Part shown: positions 48,652-59,710 of the stretch, one piece after another
Layout of the letters: each line of letters opens with the position of its first letter
Position numbering within the stretch: the stretch's first letter is position 1
DNA from: an uncultured Alphaproteobacteria bacterium
GTDB taxonomy: Bacteria; Pseudomonadota; Alphaproteobacteria; Acetobacterales; Acetobacteraceae
Assembly: GCA_963761015.1 (NCBI GenBank)
Contig: CAVXFL010000004.1
Location: 31,657-95,656, forward strand
Length of the DNA stretch: 64,000 nucleotides
Direction: 5' to 3'
Notes under the pieces: model-generated
What the model saw: only the letters and a program-made list of their open reading frames with translations
What the model was told of the DNA's origin: nothing
Database searches by the model: none
Program-made: the position numbers and the translations under genes

Positions 48652-50709
48652 CGCTGCGCATCGGCATCGACATCGGCGGCACGTTCACCGACCTCGTCGC
48701 CATCGCCTCCGATGGGCGCGTGCTGACGCGCAAGGCCGCGTCCACGCCGCACGATTACGCCGAGGGCATCGTCGCCGGTCTTGCGGACCTGCTCGGCGAC
48801 GGCGACGCGGTTGCCGAGGTGCTGCATGCCTCGACCATCGGCTCCAACACCATCCTGGAGGGCAAGGGCGCGCGCACCGCGCTGATCACCACGCGGGGCT
48901 TCCGCGACATCCTGGAAATCCGCGACCTGCGCATGCCGCGCCTGTACGACTTGCACTGGAGCAAGCCGCCGGCCCTGATCGAGCGCCGGCTGCGGCTGGA
49001 AGTGACCGAGAAGATGCGCCCGGACGGCAGCGTCGCCGTCCCGCTCGACCGCGACAGTCTCCGAAACGCCATCGACATATTACGTCGCGAGAACGTCGCC
49101 AGCGTCGCCATCTGCCTGCTGCACAGCTACGCGAACCCGGCGCACGAACAGGCCGTCGCCGATGCGATCCGCCGCGCGATGGCCGGCGTCGCGATCTCGG
49201 TCAGCCACGCGATCCTACCCGAGATAAAGGAGTATCCGCGCACCAGCACCACGGCCATCAACGCCTACGTGAAGCCGATCTTGCGCGCCTATATGACCGC
49301 CCTGGCCGCCCGGCTTGCCGCGCTCGGCGTGACCGCGCCGCTGAAGCTCATGCAGTCGAACGGCGGGCTGGCCTCGGACCATTTCGCCGCCGGAGTTCCC
49401 GGCGCGGGTGATCGAGAGCGGGCCCACCGCCGGCGTGGTCGGCGCGGCCGCGCTCGCAAGCCGCATCGGCGAGCCGAACCTCGTCAGCTTCGACATGGGC
49501 GGCACCACCGCCAAGGCCGGGCTGGTGGAGGACGGCCAGGTGCTGCGCGCCGAGGCGCTGGAAGTGGGCGGCGGCGTGATGACCGGCTCGCGGTTGCTCA
49601 CCGGCGCCGGCTACATGCTGAAGCTGCCGGCGATCGATCTGGCCGAGGTCGGCGCCGGCGGCGGCTCGATCTGCCGGCTCGACGCGGCCGGCGCGCCGAA
49701 GGTCGGTCCGGAAAGCGCCGGCGCCGATCCCGGCCCGGTCTGCTACGGCCGGGGCGGCGAACGTCCGACGATTACCGATTGCACGCTGGTGCTGGGCTGG
49801 CTCGACCCGGCGGGCCTGGCCGGGGGCGCGCTGCCGCTGGACCGCGCGGCGGCGGAAGCGGCCATTGCCGACCAACTGGCGCGGCCGCTCGGCTGCTCGG
49901 TGGAGCAGGCGGCGTACGGCATGGTGCGGCTGGCGGCGGCCACGATGATGCGCGCCATCCGCGCCGTGTCGGTGGAGCGCGGGCGCGACCCGCGCCGCTT
50001 CGCGCTGCTGGCGTTCGGCGGCAACGGCCCGCTGTTCGGCGCCGCGCTCGCCGCCGAACTCGGCATCGGCAAGGTGATCGTGCCGCCGCTGCCCGGCCTG
50101 TTCAGCGCCTTCGGCCTGCTGGTCGCCGACACCGAACACCACGCCACCCGCAGCCTCCGCCTGCGCGTGGACGCGGCCGATCCGGACAGCGTGCGGGACG
50201 TGCTGCAACAGCTCGAAAGCGCCGCCGCCGGCGTTCTCGCCGAACAGGGGTTTCCCGCCGAACGCCAACGCGTTCGGTTGCAGGCGCAGGCGCGCTATGT
50301 GGGACAATCGTCGGAGCTTGCGATCGACCTGCCGACGGCGCCGGCGGCGGAGCTGCTCGCCCGCATTCCCGCGCTGTTCGCGGCCGAGCACGAACGCACC
50401 TACGGCTTCCGCGCCCCCGAGGACGAACCGGTGGAGCTGACGGGCTTCGGCATCATCGCGCGCGGCGTGCCCGACCGGCCGCGCCTGCCGGCGCGCGTTC
50501 CGCCCGCCGCCGCCGAGGTGCCGGCAAGCCGCAATGTCTGGTTCGCCGACCAGGGCTGGCGCGAGGTCCCGGTGCTCGACCGCGCGACCCTGTCGGGCAC
50601 GCCGCGCCCGGGTCCGCTGATCGTGCAGGAATACGACGCGACCTGCCTGGTCCCGCCCGGCGCGCGCGCCGGGCTCGACGCGTTCGGCGACATCGTGGTG
50701 AGTTTGTAG
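48648..50709 (+). pseudogene. hyuA: Hydantoinase A/oxoprolinase-family protein, frame interrupted near 49388-49393
   Basis: GTG 48648 (VTLRIGIDIGGTFTDLV) is in the frame of ORF 48513..51335, conserved up to ...MQSNGGLASDHFAA. The sequence continues (EFPARVIESGPTAGVVGAA...SFDMGGTTAK...) in ORF 49408..50709. A one-base insertion is implied. Confidence 0.88.
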
Positions 50710-50738
50710 CGAGCCCGGATCGGAGCGCGCGATGCCCG

Positions 50739-51404
50739 CTACGCCAGCCGCGCCAGCACCGCCTCGATTTCCTCGGTGACCCGGTCGATCTCGGCCATGC
50801 CGTCGACGGCATGGAGCCGGCCCTGGGCGCGATAGTGCGGCAGAATCGGCGCGGTTTCGCGGTGATAGGCGTCGAGCCGGGCGGTCACCGTGTCGCGGTT
50901 GTCGTCGGCGCGGCGGGCGAACTCGCGGCTGCCGCAGATGTCGCACACGCCCGCCACGCGCAGCGGCTTGAAGCGCTCGTGATAGCCCTCGCCGCATTTG
51001 GCGCAGGTGAAACGGCCGACGATGCGCTCCACCAGCGCCGCGTCGTCGACCTTCAACTCGATCACGGCGTCCAGGTTGAGGCCGAGTTCGGCCAGCATCC
51101 GATCCAGCGCCTCGGCCTGCGGGACGGTGCGCGGAAACCCGTCGAGGATGAAGCCGTGCCGACAGTCCGGCGCGCCCACCCGCTTGGCCAGCATGGCGAC
51201 GATGATGTCGTCGGGCACCAGTTCGCCCGCCTCCATGATCGCCTTCGCCTGGCGGCCGATCTCGCTGCCCGCCGCCACTTCGGCGCGCAGCATGTCGCCG
51301 GTGGAGATCTGCGCCAGCCGGTGCTTCTCCTGTAGCCGCTTGGCCTGCGTGCCCTTTCCCGCGCCGGGCGGGCCGAGCAGGATCAGGTGCAGCCGCTCCT
51401 TCAC
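50739..51404 (-). CDS. adk: Adenylate kinase
   Basis: 3' 221 codons of track ORF 50739..52223. GTG 51404 overlaps the secY stop (GTGA). [25 protein letters not shown], and a lid with CAKCGEGYH...CDICG. Confidence 0.93.
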   Translation of the reverse strand: MKERLHLILLGPPGAGKGTQAKRLQEKHRLAQISTGDMLRAEVAAGSEIGRQAKAIMEAGELVPDDIIVAMLAKRVGAPDCRHGFILDGFPRTVPQAEALDRMLAELGLNLDAVIELKVDDAALVERIVGRFTCAKCGEGYHERFKPLRVAGVCDICGSREFARRADDNRDTVTARLDAYHRETAPILPHYRAQGRLHAVDGMAEIDRVTEEIEAVLARLA

Positions 51405-52753
51405 CGCCCTCGCCCGCCGCGGCCGAGCCGCGATTTTCGGATCAGCCCCTCGTACTGGTGCGCGATCAGGTGCGACTGGATCTGCGTCACCGTATCCATG
51501 GTGACCGAGACGATGATCATGAGGCTGGTGCCGCCGAAGTAGAACGGCACGCCGTAGCGGCTGATCAGGATCTCGGGCAGCAAGCAAACCGCCACGACAT
51601 AGAGCGCGCCAACCGCCGTCAGCCGGGTGAGCACATAGTCGAAATACTCGGCCGTCGCGCTGCCCGGCCGGATGCCCGGGATGAAGCCGCCGTATTTCTT
51701 CAAGTTGTCCGCCGTCTCCTCGGGGTTGAACACCACCGCCGTGTAGAAGAAGCAGAAGAAAATGATCAGCGCCGCATACATCACCATGTAGAGCGGCTGG
51801 CCGTGCCCGATCGTCGCGCCGATCCAGCTCAGCCAGGACGGGCTGGCGGCGTTGCCCGCGAAGCTGGAAATGGTCGCCGGGATCAGCAGGATGGAGCTGG
51901 CGAAAATCGGCGGGATGACGCCCGACGTGTTCACCTTCAACGGCATGTGCGTCGAATCGCCGCCGAACATGCGCGTGCCGACCTGGCGCTTCGGATACTG
52001 CACCACCACCCGCCGGTGCGCCTGCTCCATGAACACGATGAACGCGATCACGCCGACGGCGATGACGAAGAACAGCAGGATGAAGAACGGCGACAGCGCC
52101 CCGGTGCGGCCCAGTTCCAGCAGGTTGGCGAGCGCGTGCGGCAGGTTGGCGACAATGCCCGCGAAGATGATGAGGGAAATGCCGTTGCCGACGCCGCGCG
52201 CGGTGATCTGCTCGCCCAGCCACATCAGGAAGATCGTGCCGCCGACCAGGGTCACGACGCAGGAGAGCAGGAAGAAATACCCGGGATAGAGCACCGCCGG
52301 GCCGAAACTGCCGTGCATGCTCTCGAGCCCGACGGCGATGCCGTAGGACTGGAAGAACGCGATCACCACGGTCAGGTAGCGCGAATACTGGTTGAGTTTC
52401 TTGCGCCCGGACTCGCCCTCTTTCTTCAGTTGTTCGAGCGAGGGCACCGCCGCCTGCATCAGCTGCATGATGATGCTGGCGCTGATATACGGCATGATGT
52501 TCAGCGCGAACACCGTCATGCGGCCGAGCGCGCCGCCGGTGAACATGTTGAACATGCCGAGAATGCCGGAACCGTGCTGGCGCATCAGTTCGCCCATGAC
52601 GGTGGCATCGACGCCGGGCACCGGGATGTAGGTGCCGACGCGATAGACCACCAAGGCGAGCAGGGTGAACCAGACGCGCTTCTTGAGCTCGGTCGCCTTC
52701 GCGAAAACGCCGAGATTGAGATTTGCCGCTAGTTGCTCGGCCGCCGAGGCCAT
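51401..52753 (-). CDS. secY: Preprotein translocase subunit SecY
   Basis: 450 aa. [38 protein letters not shown], and a 10-TM pattern. Canonical position after rplO. Confidence 0.97.
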   Translation of the reverse strand: MASAAEQLAANLNLGVFAKATELKKRVWFTLLALVVYRVGTYIPVPGVDATVMGELMRQHGSGILGMFNMFTGGALGRMTVFALNIMPYISASIIMQLMQAAVPSLEQLKKEGESGRKKLNQYSRYLTVVIAFFQSYGIAVGLESMHGSFGPAVLYPGYFFLLSCVVTLVGGTIFLMWLGEQITARGVGNGISLIIFAGIVANLPHALANLLELGRTGALSPFFILLFFVIAVGVIAFIVFMEQAHRRVVVQYPKRQVGTRMFGGDSTHMPLKVNTSGVIPPIFASSILLIPATISSFAGNAASPSWLSWIGATIGHGQPLYMVMYAALIIFFCFFYTAVVFNPEETADNLKKYGGFIPGIRPGSATAEYFDYVLTRLTAVGALYVVAVCLLPEILISRYGVPFYFGGTSLMIIVSVTMDTVTQIQSHLIAHQYEGLIRKSRLGRGGRGR

Positions 52754-52873
52754 CCGTTATCCCCTAATCCTGCGCGAGCGGCACAGCTCGGCTTCAGCCG
52801 GCGTTCCGCGACGCCGCAGCCCTCGCGCCCGCCGGACCTGCCGGGGCGATCCCAACATAGCCCTCAGCCTAAG

Positions 52874-52892
52874 CCTCTCCCAGAGGGAGAGG
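52874..52892. repeat. Perfect hairpin CCTCTCCC-aga-GGGAGAGG in rplO-secY spacer
   Basis: 8-bp perfect inverted repeat with a 3-nt loop inside an unusually long (203 nt) intra-operon spacer. Confidence 0.7.
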
Positions 52893-52907
52893 GAACAAAA
52901 TCAATCG

Positions 52908-52946
52908 CCTTCTCCCTCCCCCTGCGAGAAGGTCGGGGTGAGGGCC
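52908..52946. repeat. REP-like C/G-rich imperfect palindrome, same family as 1901-1935
   Basis: CCTTCTCCCTCCCCCTGCGAGAAGGTCGGGGTGAGGGCC contains CCTTCTC...GAGAAGG and CCCTCCCC...GGGGTGAGGG arms. It is similar to the element after the ABC ATPase gene. Confidence 0.6.
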
Positions 52947-52956
52947 GTCACGGCAC

Positions 52957-53448
52957 TCAGGCTTCCGCTTGCCCTGCCGTCTTCTCCGGCACGGTCCGCG
53001 TGACCGAACCCCCGGCCTTTTCGATCGCGGCCACCGCCGCGGCCGAGGCGCCGGAGACGGTCAGCCGCACCGCGCGCGTGATCTCGCCCCGCGCCAGCAG
53101 GCGCACGCCGGAAACCTTGCCGCCGCGAACCAGTCCGGCGCCGCGCAGCGCGTCTTCCGTGATCGGCTGCTCCGGATCGAGCCGGCCGGCCGCGATCGCC
53201 CGCTCCAGCGCGTCCAGGTTCACCGGCGCGTACTCCTTGCGGAACAGATTGGTGAAGCCGCGCTTGGGCAGCCGCCGATAGATCGGCATTTGACCACCCT
53301 CAAACCCGTTCAGCGCCACGCCGGTGCGCGCCTTCTGGCCCTTCACCCCCTTGCCGGCGGTCTTGCCCTTGCCCGAGCCGATACCGCGGCCGAGCCGCTT
53401 CGATTTGTAGCGCGCGCCCGCATTGTCGCGCAGTTCGTTGAGCTTCAT
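52957..53448 (-). CDS. rplO: 50S ribosomal protein L15
   Basis: [34 protein letters not shown]. Canonical position. Confidence 0.97.
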   Translation of the reverse strand: MKLNELRDNAGARYKSKRLGRGIGSGKGKTAGKGVKGQKARTGVALNGFEGGQMPIYRRLPKRGFTNLFRKEYAPVNLDALERAIAAGRLDPEQPITEDALRGAGLVRGGKVSGVRLLARGEITRAVRLTVSGASAAAVAAIEKAGGSVTRTVPEKTAGQAEA

Positions 53449-53631
53449 TCAGGAGCGCTCCTCTACCCGCACCAGATGCGCCACCTTGCGGATCATGCCG
53501 CGCACCGCCGGCGTGTCCTCCAGTTCACGGGTCCGCCGCAGCTTGTTCAGGCCGAGACCGATCAGCGTTTCCTTCTGACCCGGCTTGTGGCCGGCCGCCG
53601 AGACAATCTGCGTGACGCGCAGCTTAGGCAC
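53449..53631 (-). CDS. rpmD: 50S ribosomal protein L30
   Basis: 60 codons from GTG 53631 ([57 protein letters not shown]). The rest of track ORF 53449..53928 is an out-of-frame reading of rpsE. Confidence 0.9.
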   Translation of the reverse strand: MPKLRVTQIVSAAGHKPGQKETLIGLGLNKLRRTRELEDTPAVRGMIRKVAHLVRVEERS

Positions 53632-54220
53632 GGGCCGCCTCCTCGGTCGCCGCCGGCGCGGGCGGCTGTTGATCGCGGCGGCCGAGCAGGTCGGAGACCT
53701 TCTTGCCGCGGCGCGACGCCACCGAGCGCGGGCTGGCGCAGCGCTGCAGGGCGGCGAACGTCGCCTTGACCATGTTGTGCGGATTGCGGCTGCCCAGGCT
53801 CTTCGCCACCACGTCGCCGATCCCCAACGTCTCGAACACCGCGCGCAACGGGCCGCCGGCAATGATGCCGGTGCCCGCCGAGGCCGAGCGCAGCACCACC
53901 GCGCCGGCGCCGTAGCGCCCCTGGACATCGTGATGCAGCGTGCGGCCTTCCTTCATCGGCACGCGGATCATGGAGCGCTTGGCCCGGTCGGTCGCCTTAC
54001 GGATCGCTTCCGGCACCTCGCGCGCCTTGCCCGCGCCGTAGCCGACGCGGCCCTTCTGGTCGCCCACCACGACGAGGGCGGCGAAGGCGAAGCGGCGGCC
54101 ACCCTTCACCACCTTGGCGACGCGATTGATGCTGACCAGCTTGTCGATCAGCTCGTCGCCATCGCGGTCCCGGTCGCGATCGCGATCGCGGCCCCGGCCT
54201 TCTCTCGAGTCACGTGCCAT
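53624..54220 (-). CDS. rpsE: 30S ribosomal protein S5 (with Arg/Asp-repeat N-terminal extension)
   Basis: [31 protein letters not shown]...GTGIIAGG. N-terminus [16 protein letters not shown]. Confidence 0.97.
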   Translation of the reverse strand: MARDSREGRGRDRDRDRDRDGDELIDKLVSINRVAKVVKGGRRFAFAALVVVGDQKGRVGYGAGKAREVPEAIRKATDRAKRSMIRVPMKEGRTLHHDVQGRYGAGAVVLRSASAGTGIIAGGPLRAVFETLGIGDVVAKSLGSRNPHNMVKATFAALQRCASPRSVASRRGKKVSDLLGRRDQQPPAPAATEEAARA

Positions 54221-54245
54221 CAGCCGAAATCTCCCTTGCGCCCGC

Positions 54246-54608
54246 TCAGAACGCGAGCCCGCCCTCGCGGGCGGCGTCGGCCAGCGCCTTGACCCGGCCG
54301 TGATACAAATAGGCGCCGCGATCGAACACCACGGCGCTCACCCCGGCGGCGCGGGCCCGCTCGGCGACGAGCTTGCCGACCGCCGCCGCCGCCTGCTTGT
54401 CCGCCCCGGTGCGCAGGCTCCCGCGCAAACCGGGCTCCAAGCTCGACGCCGCGGCCACCGTCCGGCCGGCCGCGTCGTCGATCACCTGCGCGTAGATGTG
54501 CTTGCCCGAGCGGAAGACGGACAGCCGCGGCCGACCGCCGCCCTTCCGGCTGAGCTGGAAGCGCAGGCGCTGACGCCGGCGCTCGCGCAATTCGTGGATC
54601 GCGCTCAT
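54246..54608 (-). CDS. rplR: 50S ribosomal protein L18
   Basis: 120 codons from ATG 54608 ([19 protein letters not shown]...[18 protein letters not shown]...[24 protein letters not shown]). The start overlaps the rplF stop by 1 nt. Confidence 0.95.
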   Translation of the reverse strand: MSAIHELRERRRQRLRFQLSRKGGGRPRLSVFRSGKHIYAQVIDDAAGRTVAAASSLEPGLRGSLRTGADKQAAAAVGKLVAERARAAGVSAVVFDRGAYLYHGRVKALADAAREGGLAF

Positions 54609-55141
54609 TACTTCTTCTTGCCTTCCTTGCGGCGGATCGTCTCGGTATCGAGCTTGATGCCCTTGCCCTTGTACGGCTCGGGCGGGCGGAACGCGCGGAT
54701 CTCGGCCGCCACCTGCCCGACCAGGCGCTTGTCGATGCCCTCGATGGTGACCGCGGTCGGGCGCGGGGTGGTGATCTTGATCCCCGGCGGGATCGGATAG
54801 ACCACGTCGTGCGCGAAGCCGAGATTCATCACCAGATTCGTGCCCTGGACCGCGGCGCGGTAGCCGGTGCCGCTGATCTCCAGCGACTTCGTATAGCCGG
54901 TGGCGACGCCCTTCACCATGTTGGCAACCAGCGCGCGCGTGGTTCCCCACATCATGCGCGCCTGCCGCTCTGCCCCGCGCGGCGTGACCGTCACCTGGTT
55001 GCCGTCGATCACCGCCTCGACGTGCTCGGTCAGGTCCAATTTCAGCTCGCCCAGCCGTCCCTTGGCGGAGAGCGTCCGCCCAGCCAGCGCCAACTGCACG
55101 CCGGCCGGAATCTCCACCGGATATTTGCCTACGCGCGACAT
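54608..55141 (-). CDS. rplF: 50S ribosomal protein L6
   Basis: ATG 55141 ([17 protein letters not shown]...) lies within track ORF 54608..55231. ...PEPYKGKGI. Confidence 0.96.
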   Translation of the reverse strand: MSRVGKYPVEIPAGVQLALAGRTLSAKGRLGELKLDLTEHVEAVIDGNQVTVTPRGAERQARMMWGTTRALVANMVKGVATGYTKSLEISGTGYRAAVQGTNLVMNLGFAHDVVYPIPPGIKITTPRPTAVTIEGIDKRLVGQVAAEIRAFRPPEPYKGKGIKLDTETIRRKEGKKK

Positions 55142-55175
55142 TGTTCGCGTTCCTCTTTCACTCCGCGCTGCCCGA

Positions 55176-55574
55176 TCAGAACACGCGGCACAAGACTTCG
55201 CCGCCGACATTGGCGGCGCGCGCCTCGGCATCGCTCAGCACGCCGCGCGGCGTCGACAGGATCGACACGCCGAGTCCGGCGTAGACGCGCGGCAGTTCCT
55301 TGATCCGCGAATAGACACGCCGGCCCGGCTTAGAGACGCGGTGGATCTCCTTAATCACCGGCTCGCCTTCGTTGTATTTCAGCTCGATGCGCAGCCGCGA
55401 CACGCCCGGACGCAGCTCCTCGGCGGAATAGCCGCGGATGAAGCCCTCGCGCTTCAACACCTCCAGCACGTTGGCGCGCAGCCGCGAGGCCGGTGCCATG
55501 CAGGACGAATGCCGCGCGCGCTGCGCGTTGCGAATGCGGGTCAGCATGTCGCCCAAGGGATCGGAGAGTGACAT
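55176..55574 (-). CDS. rpsH: 30S ribosomal protein S8
   Basis: [20 protein letters not shown]...GGEVLCRVF. Confidence 0.97.
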   Translation of the reverse strand: MSLSDPLGDMLTRIRNAQRARHSSCMAPASRLRANVLEVLKREGFIRGYSAEELRPGVSRLRIELKYNEGEPVIKEIHRVSKPGRRVYSRIKELPRVYAGLGVSILSTPRGVLSDAEARAANVGGEVLCRVF

Positions 55575-55583
55575 GAGGCCCCC

Positions 55584-55889
55584 TTACCAGCTCGCCTTGA
55601 CCATGCCGGGGATCTGCCCGACGCTCGCCAGATCCCGGAGCTTGATGCGGGACAGCTTGAATTTCCGGTAATTGCCGCGCGGCCGGCCGGTCAACTCGCA
55701 GCGCAGCCGCACCCGCACGCGCGCGCCGTTGCGCGGCAACTGCGCCAGCTTGAGGCTGGCATTGAACCGATCCTCCACGGGCAGGGTGCGGTCCATCATC
55801 GCGGACTTCAGCACCGCCCGCTTGGCGCGGTCGCGGGTCGCCATCCGTTCCCGCTTCTTGTTCCGATTGACCGCCGATGTCTTGGCCAT
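55584..55889 (-). CDS. rpsN: 30S ribosomal protein S14
   Basis: [16 protein letters not shown]...[34 protein letters not shown]. Confidence 0.97.
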   Translation of the reverse strand: MAKTSAVNRNKKRERMATRDRAKRAVLKSAMMDRTLPVEDRFNASLKLAQLPRNGARVRVRLRCELTGRPRGNYRKFKLSRIKLRDLASVGQIPGMVKASW

Positions 55890-55967
55890 ACTTCATTATC
55901 CTTCCGGAACCTGCCGGGACCGTCGCCTCGTTCCCGGCGGTTTTCCCAAGCCGCTGTCCCCCGCCGC

Positions 55968-56543
55968 TCAGCCAGCGAACGGGATGTCGAACCTCTTGAG
56001 CAGCGCCTTCGCCTCGGCGTCGCTCTTCGCGGTGGTCACGATCACGATGTCCATGCCGCGGATCGATTCCACCTTGTCGTAGTTGATTTCGGGAAAGATG
56101 ATCTGCTCCTTCAGTCCCATCGCGAAATTGCCGCGCCCGTCGAACGCCTTGCCGGCGATGCCGCGGAAGTCGCGCACGCGCGGCAGCGCGATCGTCACCA
56201 GCCGGTCGAGGAATTCGTACATGCGCGCCTTGCGCAGGGTCACCTTGCAGCCGATCGGCAGACCCTTGCGGATCTTGAAGGTGGCGATGGCCTTCTTCGC
56301 CAAGGTCTTCACCGGCTTCTGACCCGCGATCACCGCCAGTTCCGACAGCGCCGCGTCCAGCTTCTTCTGATCCGCGGTCGCCTCGCCGACGCCCATGTTG
56401 ATGATGATCTTGTCGAGCTTCGGCACCTGCATCGGGTTCGTGTAGCCGAACTCCTGCCGCAGTTGCGGACGCACCTCGTCGAGATAGCGCCGCTGCAAAC
56501 GCGGCATCGATTGCGGCTCCTGTTCGCGCGCGGTTTCGCTCAC
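55968..56543 (-). CDS. rplE: 50S ribosomal protein L5
   Basis: [15 protein letters not shown]...[20 protein letters not shown]...[10 protein letters not shown]. Confidence 0.97.
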   Translation of the reverse strand: MSETAREQEPQSMPRLQRRYLDEVRPQLRQEFGYTNPMQVPKLDKIIINMGVGEATADQKKLDAALSELAVIAGQKPVKTLAKKAIATFKIRKGLPIGCKVTLRKARMYEFLDRLVTIALPRVRDFRGIAGKAFDGRGNFAMGLKEQIIFPEINYDKVESIRGMDIVIVTTAKSDAEAKALLKRFDIPFAG

Positions 56544-56553
56544 GCTGGCCTCC

Positions 56554-56874
56554 TCAACTCTCGACGTGCTCGCCGCTGCGCCGGGCGACGCGGACCTTGC
56601 TGCCGTTCGCCAGCGTGCGGAACCCGACCCTGGTCGGCTTGTCCGATTTCGGGTCGATCAGCGCGAGGTTGGACAGATGAATGGTCGCCTCGCGCGACTC
56701 GATGCCGCCGGGCTGGGCCAGGCCGCGCGGCTTCAAATGCCGCTTGGCGATGGCCACGCCGCGCACCACGGCGCGGCCGTCCTTCGGCAGCACCACCAGC
56801 ACCTCGCCCCGCTTGCCCTTTTCGGCGCCGCTGATCACCTCGACGCGGTCGCCCTTGCGGATCTTCGCCGCCAT
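56554..56874 (-). CDS. rplX: 50S ribosomal protein L24
   Basis: ATG 56874 ([25 protein letters not shown]) lies within track ORF 56554..56901. Confidence 0.95.
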   Translation of the reverse strand: MAAKIRKGDRVEVISGAEKGKRGEVLVVLPKDGRAVVRGVAIAKRHLKPRGLAQPGGIESREATIHLSNLALIDPKSDKPTRVGFRTLANGSKVRVARRSGEHVES

Positions 56875-57003
56875 GGCGCTAACCCTTCCCGTTCCCGGCA
56901 TTGCCGTCCCCGGACGCGATCCGGGGGTCGACCCGGCAATCCGGTGCGCCCGTGGCTCGCGCCGCCCGGCGCAACGGCCGGCATGACGTCCGACAGAGCC
57001 GCA
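56875..57003 (-). other. Structured 129-nt spacer between rplN and rplX
   Basis: Nested inverted repeats: an inner perfect 7-bp stem CCCCGGA-cgcga-TCCGGGG, flanked by CCGGCATTGCCG ... CCGGCAATCCGG arms. The spacer is much longer than the others in this operon. Confidence 0.5.
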
Positions 57004-57372
57004 TCATAGCACCTCCGGCGCCAGGCTGATGATTTTCATGAACCGCCTGGCGCGCAGCTCGCGGACCACCGGGCCGAAGATGCGCGTGCCAATCGGTTCC
57101 TGCTGTTTGTTGATCAGCACCGCGGCGTTGCGGTCGAAGCGGATCGCGCTGCCGTCCGAGCGGCGCACCGGAAACGACGTGCGCACGATCACCGCCTGAT
57201 GGATGTCGCCCTTCTTCACCTTGCCGCGCGGGATCGCTTCCTTCACGGAGACGACGATCACGTCGCCGACCGAGGCGGTCTTGCGCTTCGAGCCGCCGAG
57301 CACCTTGATGCACTGCACCCGGCGCGCGCCCGAATTGTCCGCGACCTCGAGATTGCTTTCGACCGAAATCAT
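57004..57372 (-). CDS. rplN: 50S ribosomal protein L14
   Basis: [31 protein letters not shown]... Confidence 0.98.
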   Translation of the reverse strand: MISVESNLEVADNSGARRVQCIKVLGGSKRKTASVGDVIVVSVKEAIPRGKVKKGDIHQAVIVRTSFPVRRSDGSAIRFDRNAAVLINKQQEPIGTRIFGPVVRELRARRFMKIISLAPEVL

Positions 57373-57382
57373 CGTCCGCTCC

Positions 57383-57664
57383 TCAGCCCTGCGCCTCGGC
57401 CGCCGATGCCGCCTCGGCGCCCAGCCGCTCGCCGTTGCGCTCGATCACCGTCCAGGTCTTGCGCTTGCTGATCGGCGGGCACTCGATGATGCGCACCAGG
57501 TCGCCGATCTTGCACAGGTTCGCCTCGTCGTGCGCCGCGTATTTCTTCGAGCGGCGCAGGAATTTCTTGTACAGCGGGTGCATCACGCGCCGATCGACCA
57601 GGACCGTCACGGTCTTGTCCATCTTGTCGCTGGTCACCCGCCCGGTGAGCACCCGCCTTGGCAT
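57383..57664 (-). CDS. rpsQ: 30S ribosomal protein S17
   Basis: [42 protein letters not shown]. Confidence 0.97.
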   Translation of the reverse strand: MPRRVLTGRVTSDKMDKTVTVLVDRRVMHPLYKKFLRRSKKYAAHDEANLCKIGDLVRIIECPPISKRKTWTVIERNGERLGAEAASAAEAQG

Positions 57665-57675
57665 CGTCTCTCCTC

Positions 57676-57906
57676 TCAGGCCGTCGGATTAGCCGAAGCC
57701 GCCGCTTGCGGGCGCGGCGCCGACTTTTCCTGCAAAATCGTCTTCACGCGCGCGATGTCGCGCCGCACCGCCCTGATCCGGCCCGTCGCCTGGGTCTGCC
57801 CGGTCGCGCGCTGGAATCGCAGGTTGAACTGTTCCTTGCGCAGGTCGAGCAGCATCGCGTTCAGCTCGTCCGCGGTCTTGGCCCGGATGTCGGAGGGTTT
57901 CGTCAT
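57676..57906 (-). CDS. rpmC: 50S ribosomal protein L29
   Basis: [24 protein letters not shown]...[13 protein letters not shown]. Confidence 0.95.
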   Translation of the reverse strand: MTKPSDIRAKTADELNAMLLDLRKEQFNLRFQRATGQTQATGRIRAVRRDIARVKTILQEKSAPRPQAAASANPTA

Positions 57907-57909
57907 GGA

Positions 57910-58326
57910 TCAGGCGTCCCCGACACGGGCGATGAACTTGGTCTTGATCGGCAGCTTCGCGGCGCCGAGCGTCAGCGCGTCGCGCGCCACGTCGGCCGGC
58001 ACGCCGTCGATCTCGAACATGATGCGGCCCGGCTTCACCCGGCAGACCCAGTATTCCGGGCTGCCCTTGCCGGAGCCCATGCGCACCTCGGCCGGCTTGA
58101 TCGAGACCGGAACGTCGGGGAAGATGCGTATCCATACCCGCCCGGTGCGCTTCATGGCGCGCGTTATGGCGCGGCGCGCGGCCTCGATCTGCCGCGCGGT
58201 CACCCGCTCCGGCTCCATCGCCTTCAGCCCGTAGGTGCCGAAGTTGAGCGCGGACGCGCCCTTCGTCAGGCCGTGAATGCGGCCCTTGTGCGCCTTGCGG
58301 AATTTCGTGCGCTTCGGTTGCAGCAT
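57910..58326 (-). CDS. rplP: 50S ribosomal protein L16
   Basis: [19 protein letters not shown]... Confidence 0.98.
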   Translation of the reverse strand: MLQPKRTKFRKAHKGRIHGLTKGASALNFGTYGLKAMEPERVTARQIEAARRAITRAMKRTGRVWIRIFPDVPVSIKPAEVRMGSGKGSPEYWVCRVKPGRIMFEIDGVPADVARDALTLGAAKLPIKTKFIARVGDA

Positions 58327-58339
58327 GACGCCCTGCCCC

Positions 58340-59017
58340 CTACCGCTGCGGCGCCTGTTCGGCGGCGCGGCGGTCCTGCGCCGTCGGGTCGTGCGCCATG
58401 ATCTCGCCCTTGAAGATCCAGACCTTCACCCCGCACGTGCCGTAGGTCGTCTTCGCCGTGGCGACGCCGAAATCGACGTCGGCGCGCAGCGTGTGCAGCG
58501 GCACGCGGCCCTCGCGATACCACTCCATGCGCGCGATTTCCGCCCCGCCCAGCCGGCCGCCGCACTGGATGCGGATGCCCTGCGCGCCGAGCCGCATCGC
58601 CGACTGCACCGCGCGCTTCATGGCGCGGCGGAACGCGACCCGGCGCTCCAGCTGCTGCGCGATATTCTCGGCCACCAGGGTCGCCTCGATTTCCGGCTTG
58701 CGGATCTCGACGATGTTCAGCGCCACCTCGGACTTTGCCATGCGCGCGAGATCCTTGCGCAGCGCCTCGATCTCCTGGCCCTTCTTGCCGATCACCACGC
58801 CCGGACGCGCGGCATAGATCGTCACGCGCGGCTTCTTCGCCGGCCGCTCGATCACCACGCGCGAGACCCCGGCGCCGGACAGCTTGCCGCGCAGATGCCC
58901 GCGCAGGCGCAAATCCTCGTGCAGCAGCTTGGCGTAATCGTGGCCGGCGTACCAGCGGCTGTCCCAGGTGCGGTTGATGCCGAGCCGAAGCCCCACCGGA
59001 TTGACTTTGTGACCCAT
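58340..59017 (-). CDS. rpsC: 30S ribosomal protein S3
   Basis: ATG 59017 ([24 protein letters not shown]) lies within track ORF 58340..59104. Confidence 0.97.
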   Translation of the reverse strand: MGHKVNPVGLRLGINRTWDSRWYAGHDYAKLLHEDLRLRGHLRGKLSGAGVSRVVIERPAKKPRVTIYAARPGVVIGKKGQEIEALRKDLARMAKSEVALNIVEIRKPEIEATLVAENIAQQLERRVAFRRAMKRAVQSAMRLGAQGIRIQCGGRLGGAEIARMEWYREGRVPLHTLRADVDFGVATAKTTYGTCGVKVWIFKGEIMAHDPTAQDRRAAEQAPQR

Positions 59018-59019
59018 GA

Positions 59020-59433
59020 TTACGCGGCCTCCTGCTCCGAGCCGGCCGGCGGCGTCGTTTCCTGCTGCCGTTCGGTGACGACGATCCGAAGATTGCTGAA
59101 CCACTTCTCGATCCGCGACGCGCGACCGCGGCCGCGCGCATGGAAGCGGCGCATCACCACGGCGCGCCCGACATCGGCGCGCGAGACGAACAGCCGATCG
59201 ACGTCGAGCTGATGATTGTTCTCGGCATTGGCGATCGCGCTCTCCAGCGTCTTGCGCACCTGCTGCGCGATGCGCCGCTTGCTGAAGGTCAGGGTCGCCA
59301 CCGCCTGCTGCGCCGGCAGGTTGCGGATCATCGCCGCCACCAGGTTCAACTTGCGCGGGCTGATGCGCACGTTGGACAGGATCGCCTGCGCCTCGGTGTC
59401 GTCGAGCAACCGCGAGTGCTTCGGCTTGCTCAT
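59020..59433 (-). CDS. rplV: 50S ribosomal protein L22
   Basis: [21 protein letters not shown]...[25 protein letters not shown]. Confidence 0.97.
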   Translation of the reverse strand: MSKPKHSRLLDDTEAQAILSNVRISPRKLNLVAAMIRNLPAQQAVATLTFSKRRIAQQVRKTLESAIANAENNHQLDVDRLFVSRADVGRAVVMRRFHARGRGRASRIEKWFSNLRIVVTERQQETTPPAGSEQEAA

Positions 59434-59708
59434 GTCCGCCTCGCCTTCTTGTCGCCGGAGTGTCCGGTGAACGTGCGGGTCGGCGAGAACTCGCCGAATT
59501 TGTGGCCGACCATGTTCTCGGTCACCAGCACGGGCAGGAATTTCCTGCCGTTGTAGACCCCGAAGGTGAGGCCCACGAACTGCGGCAGAATGGTCGACCG
59601 GCGCGACCAGATGCGGATGATCTCGTTGCGGCCCGACGCGCGCGCGGCATCCGCCTTGTTCAGCAGATAGCCGTCGACGAAGGGGCCCTTCCAGACCGAA
59701 CGCGCCAT
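59430..59708 (-). CDS. rpsS: 30S ribosomal protein S19
   Basis: ATG 59708 gives the canonical [13 protein letters not shown]-terminus, 2 nt after the rplB stop. The track ORF starts at an overlapping GTG (59714). Confidence 0.96.
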   Translation of the reverse strand: MARSVWKGPFVDGYLLNKADAARASGRNEIIRIWSRRSTILPQFVGLTFGVYNGRKFLPVLVTENMVGHKFGEFSPTRTFTGHSGDKKARRT

Positions 59709-59710
59709 GC

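Noticed and set aside
48513-51335. 940-aa plus-strand ORF
   Set aside because: Only 48648 to about 49390 is real hyuA coding sequence. After the frameshift it is an out-of-frame read-through that continues antisense into adk.
50739-52223. 494-aa minus-strand ORF
   Set aside because: It is a chimera. The last 221 codons are adk, and the rest is an out-of-frame reading of secY (true secY is 51401..52753).
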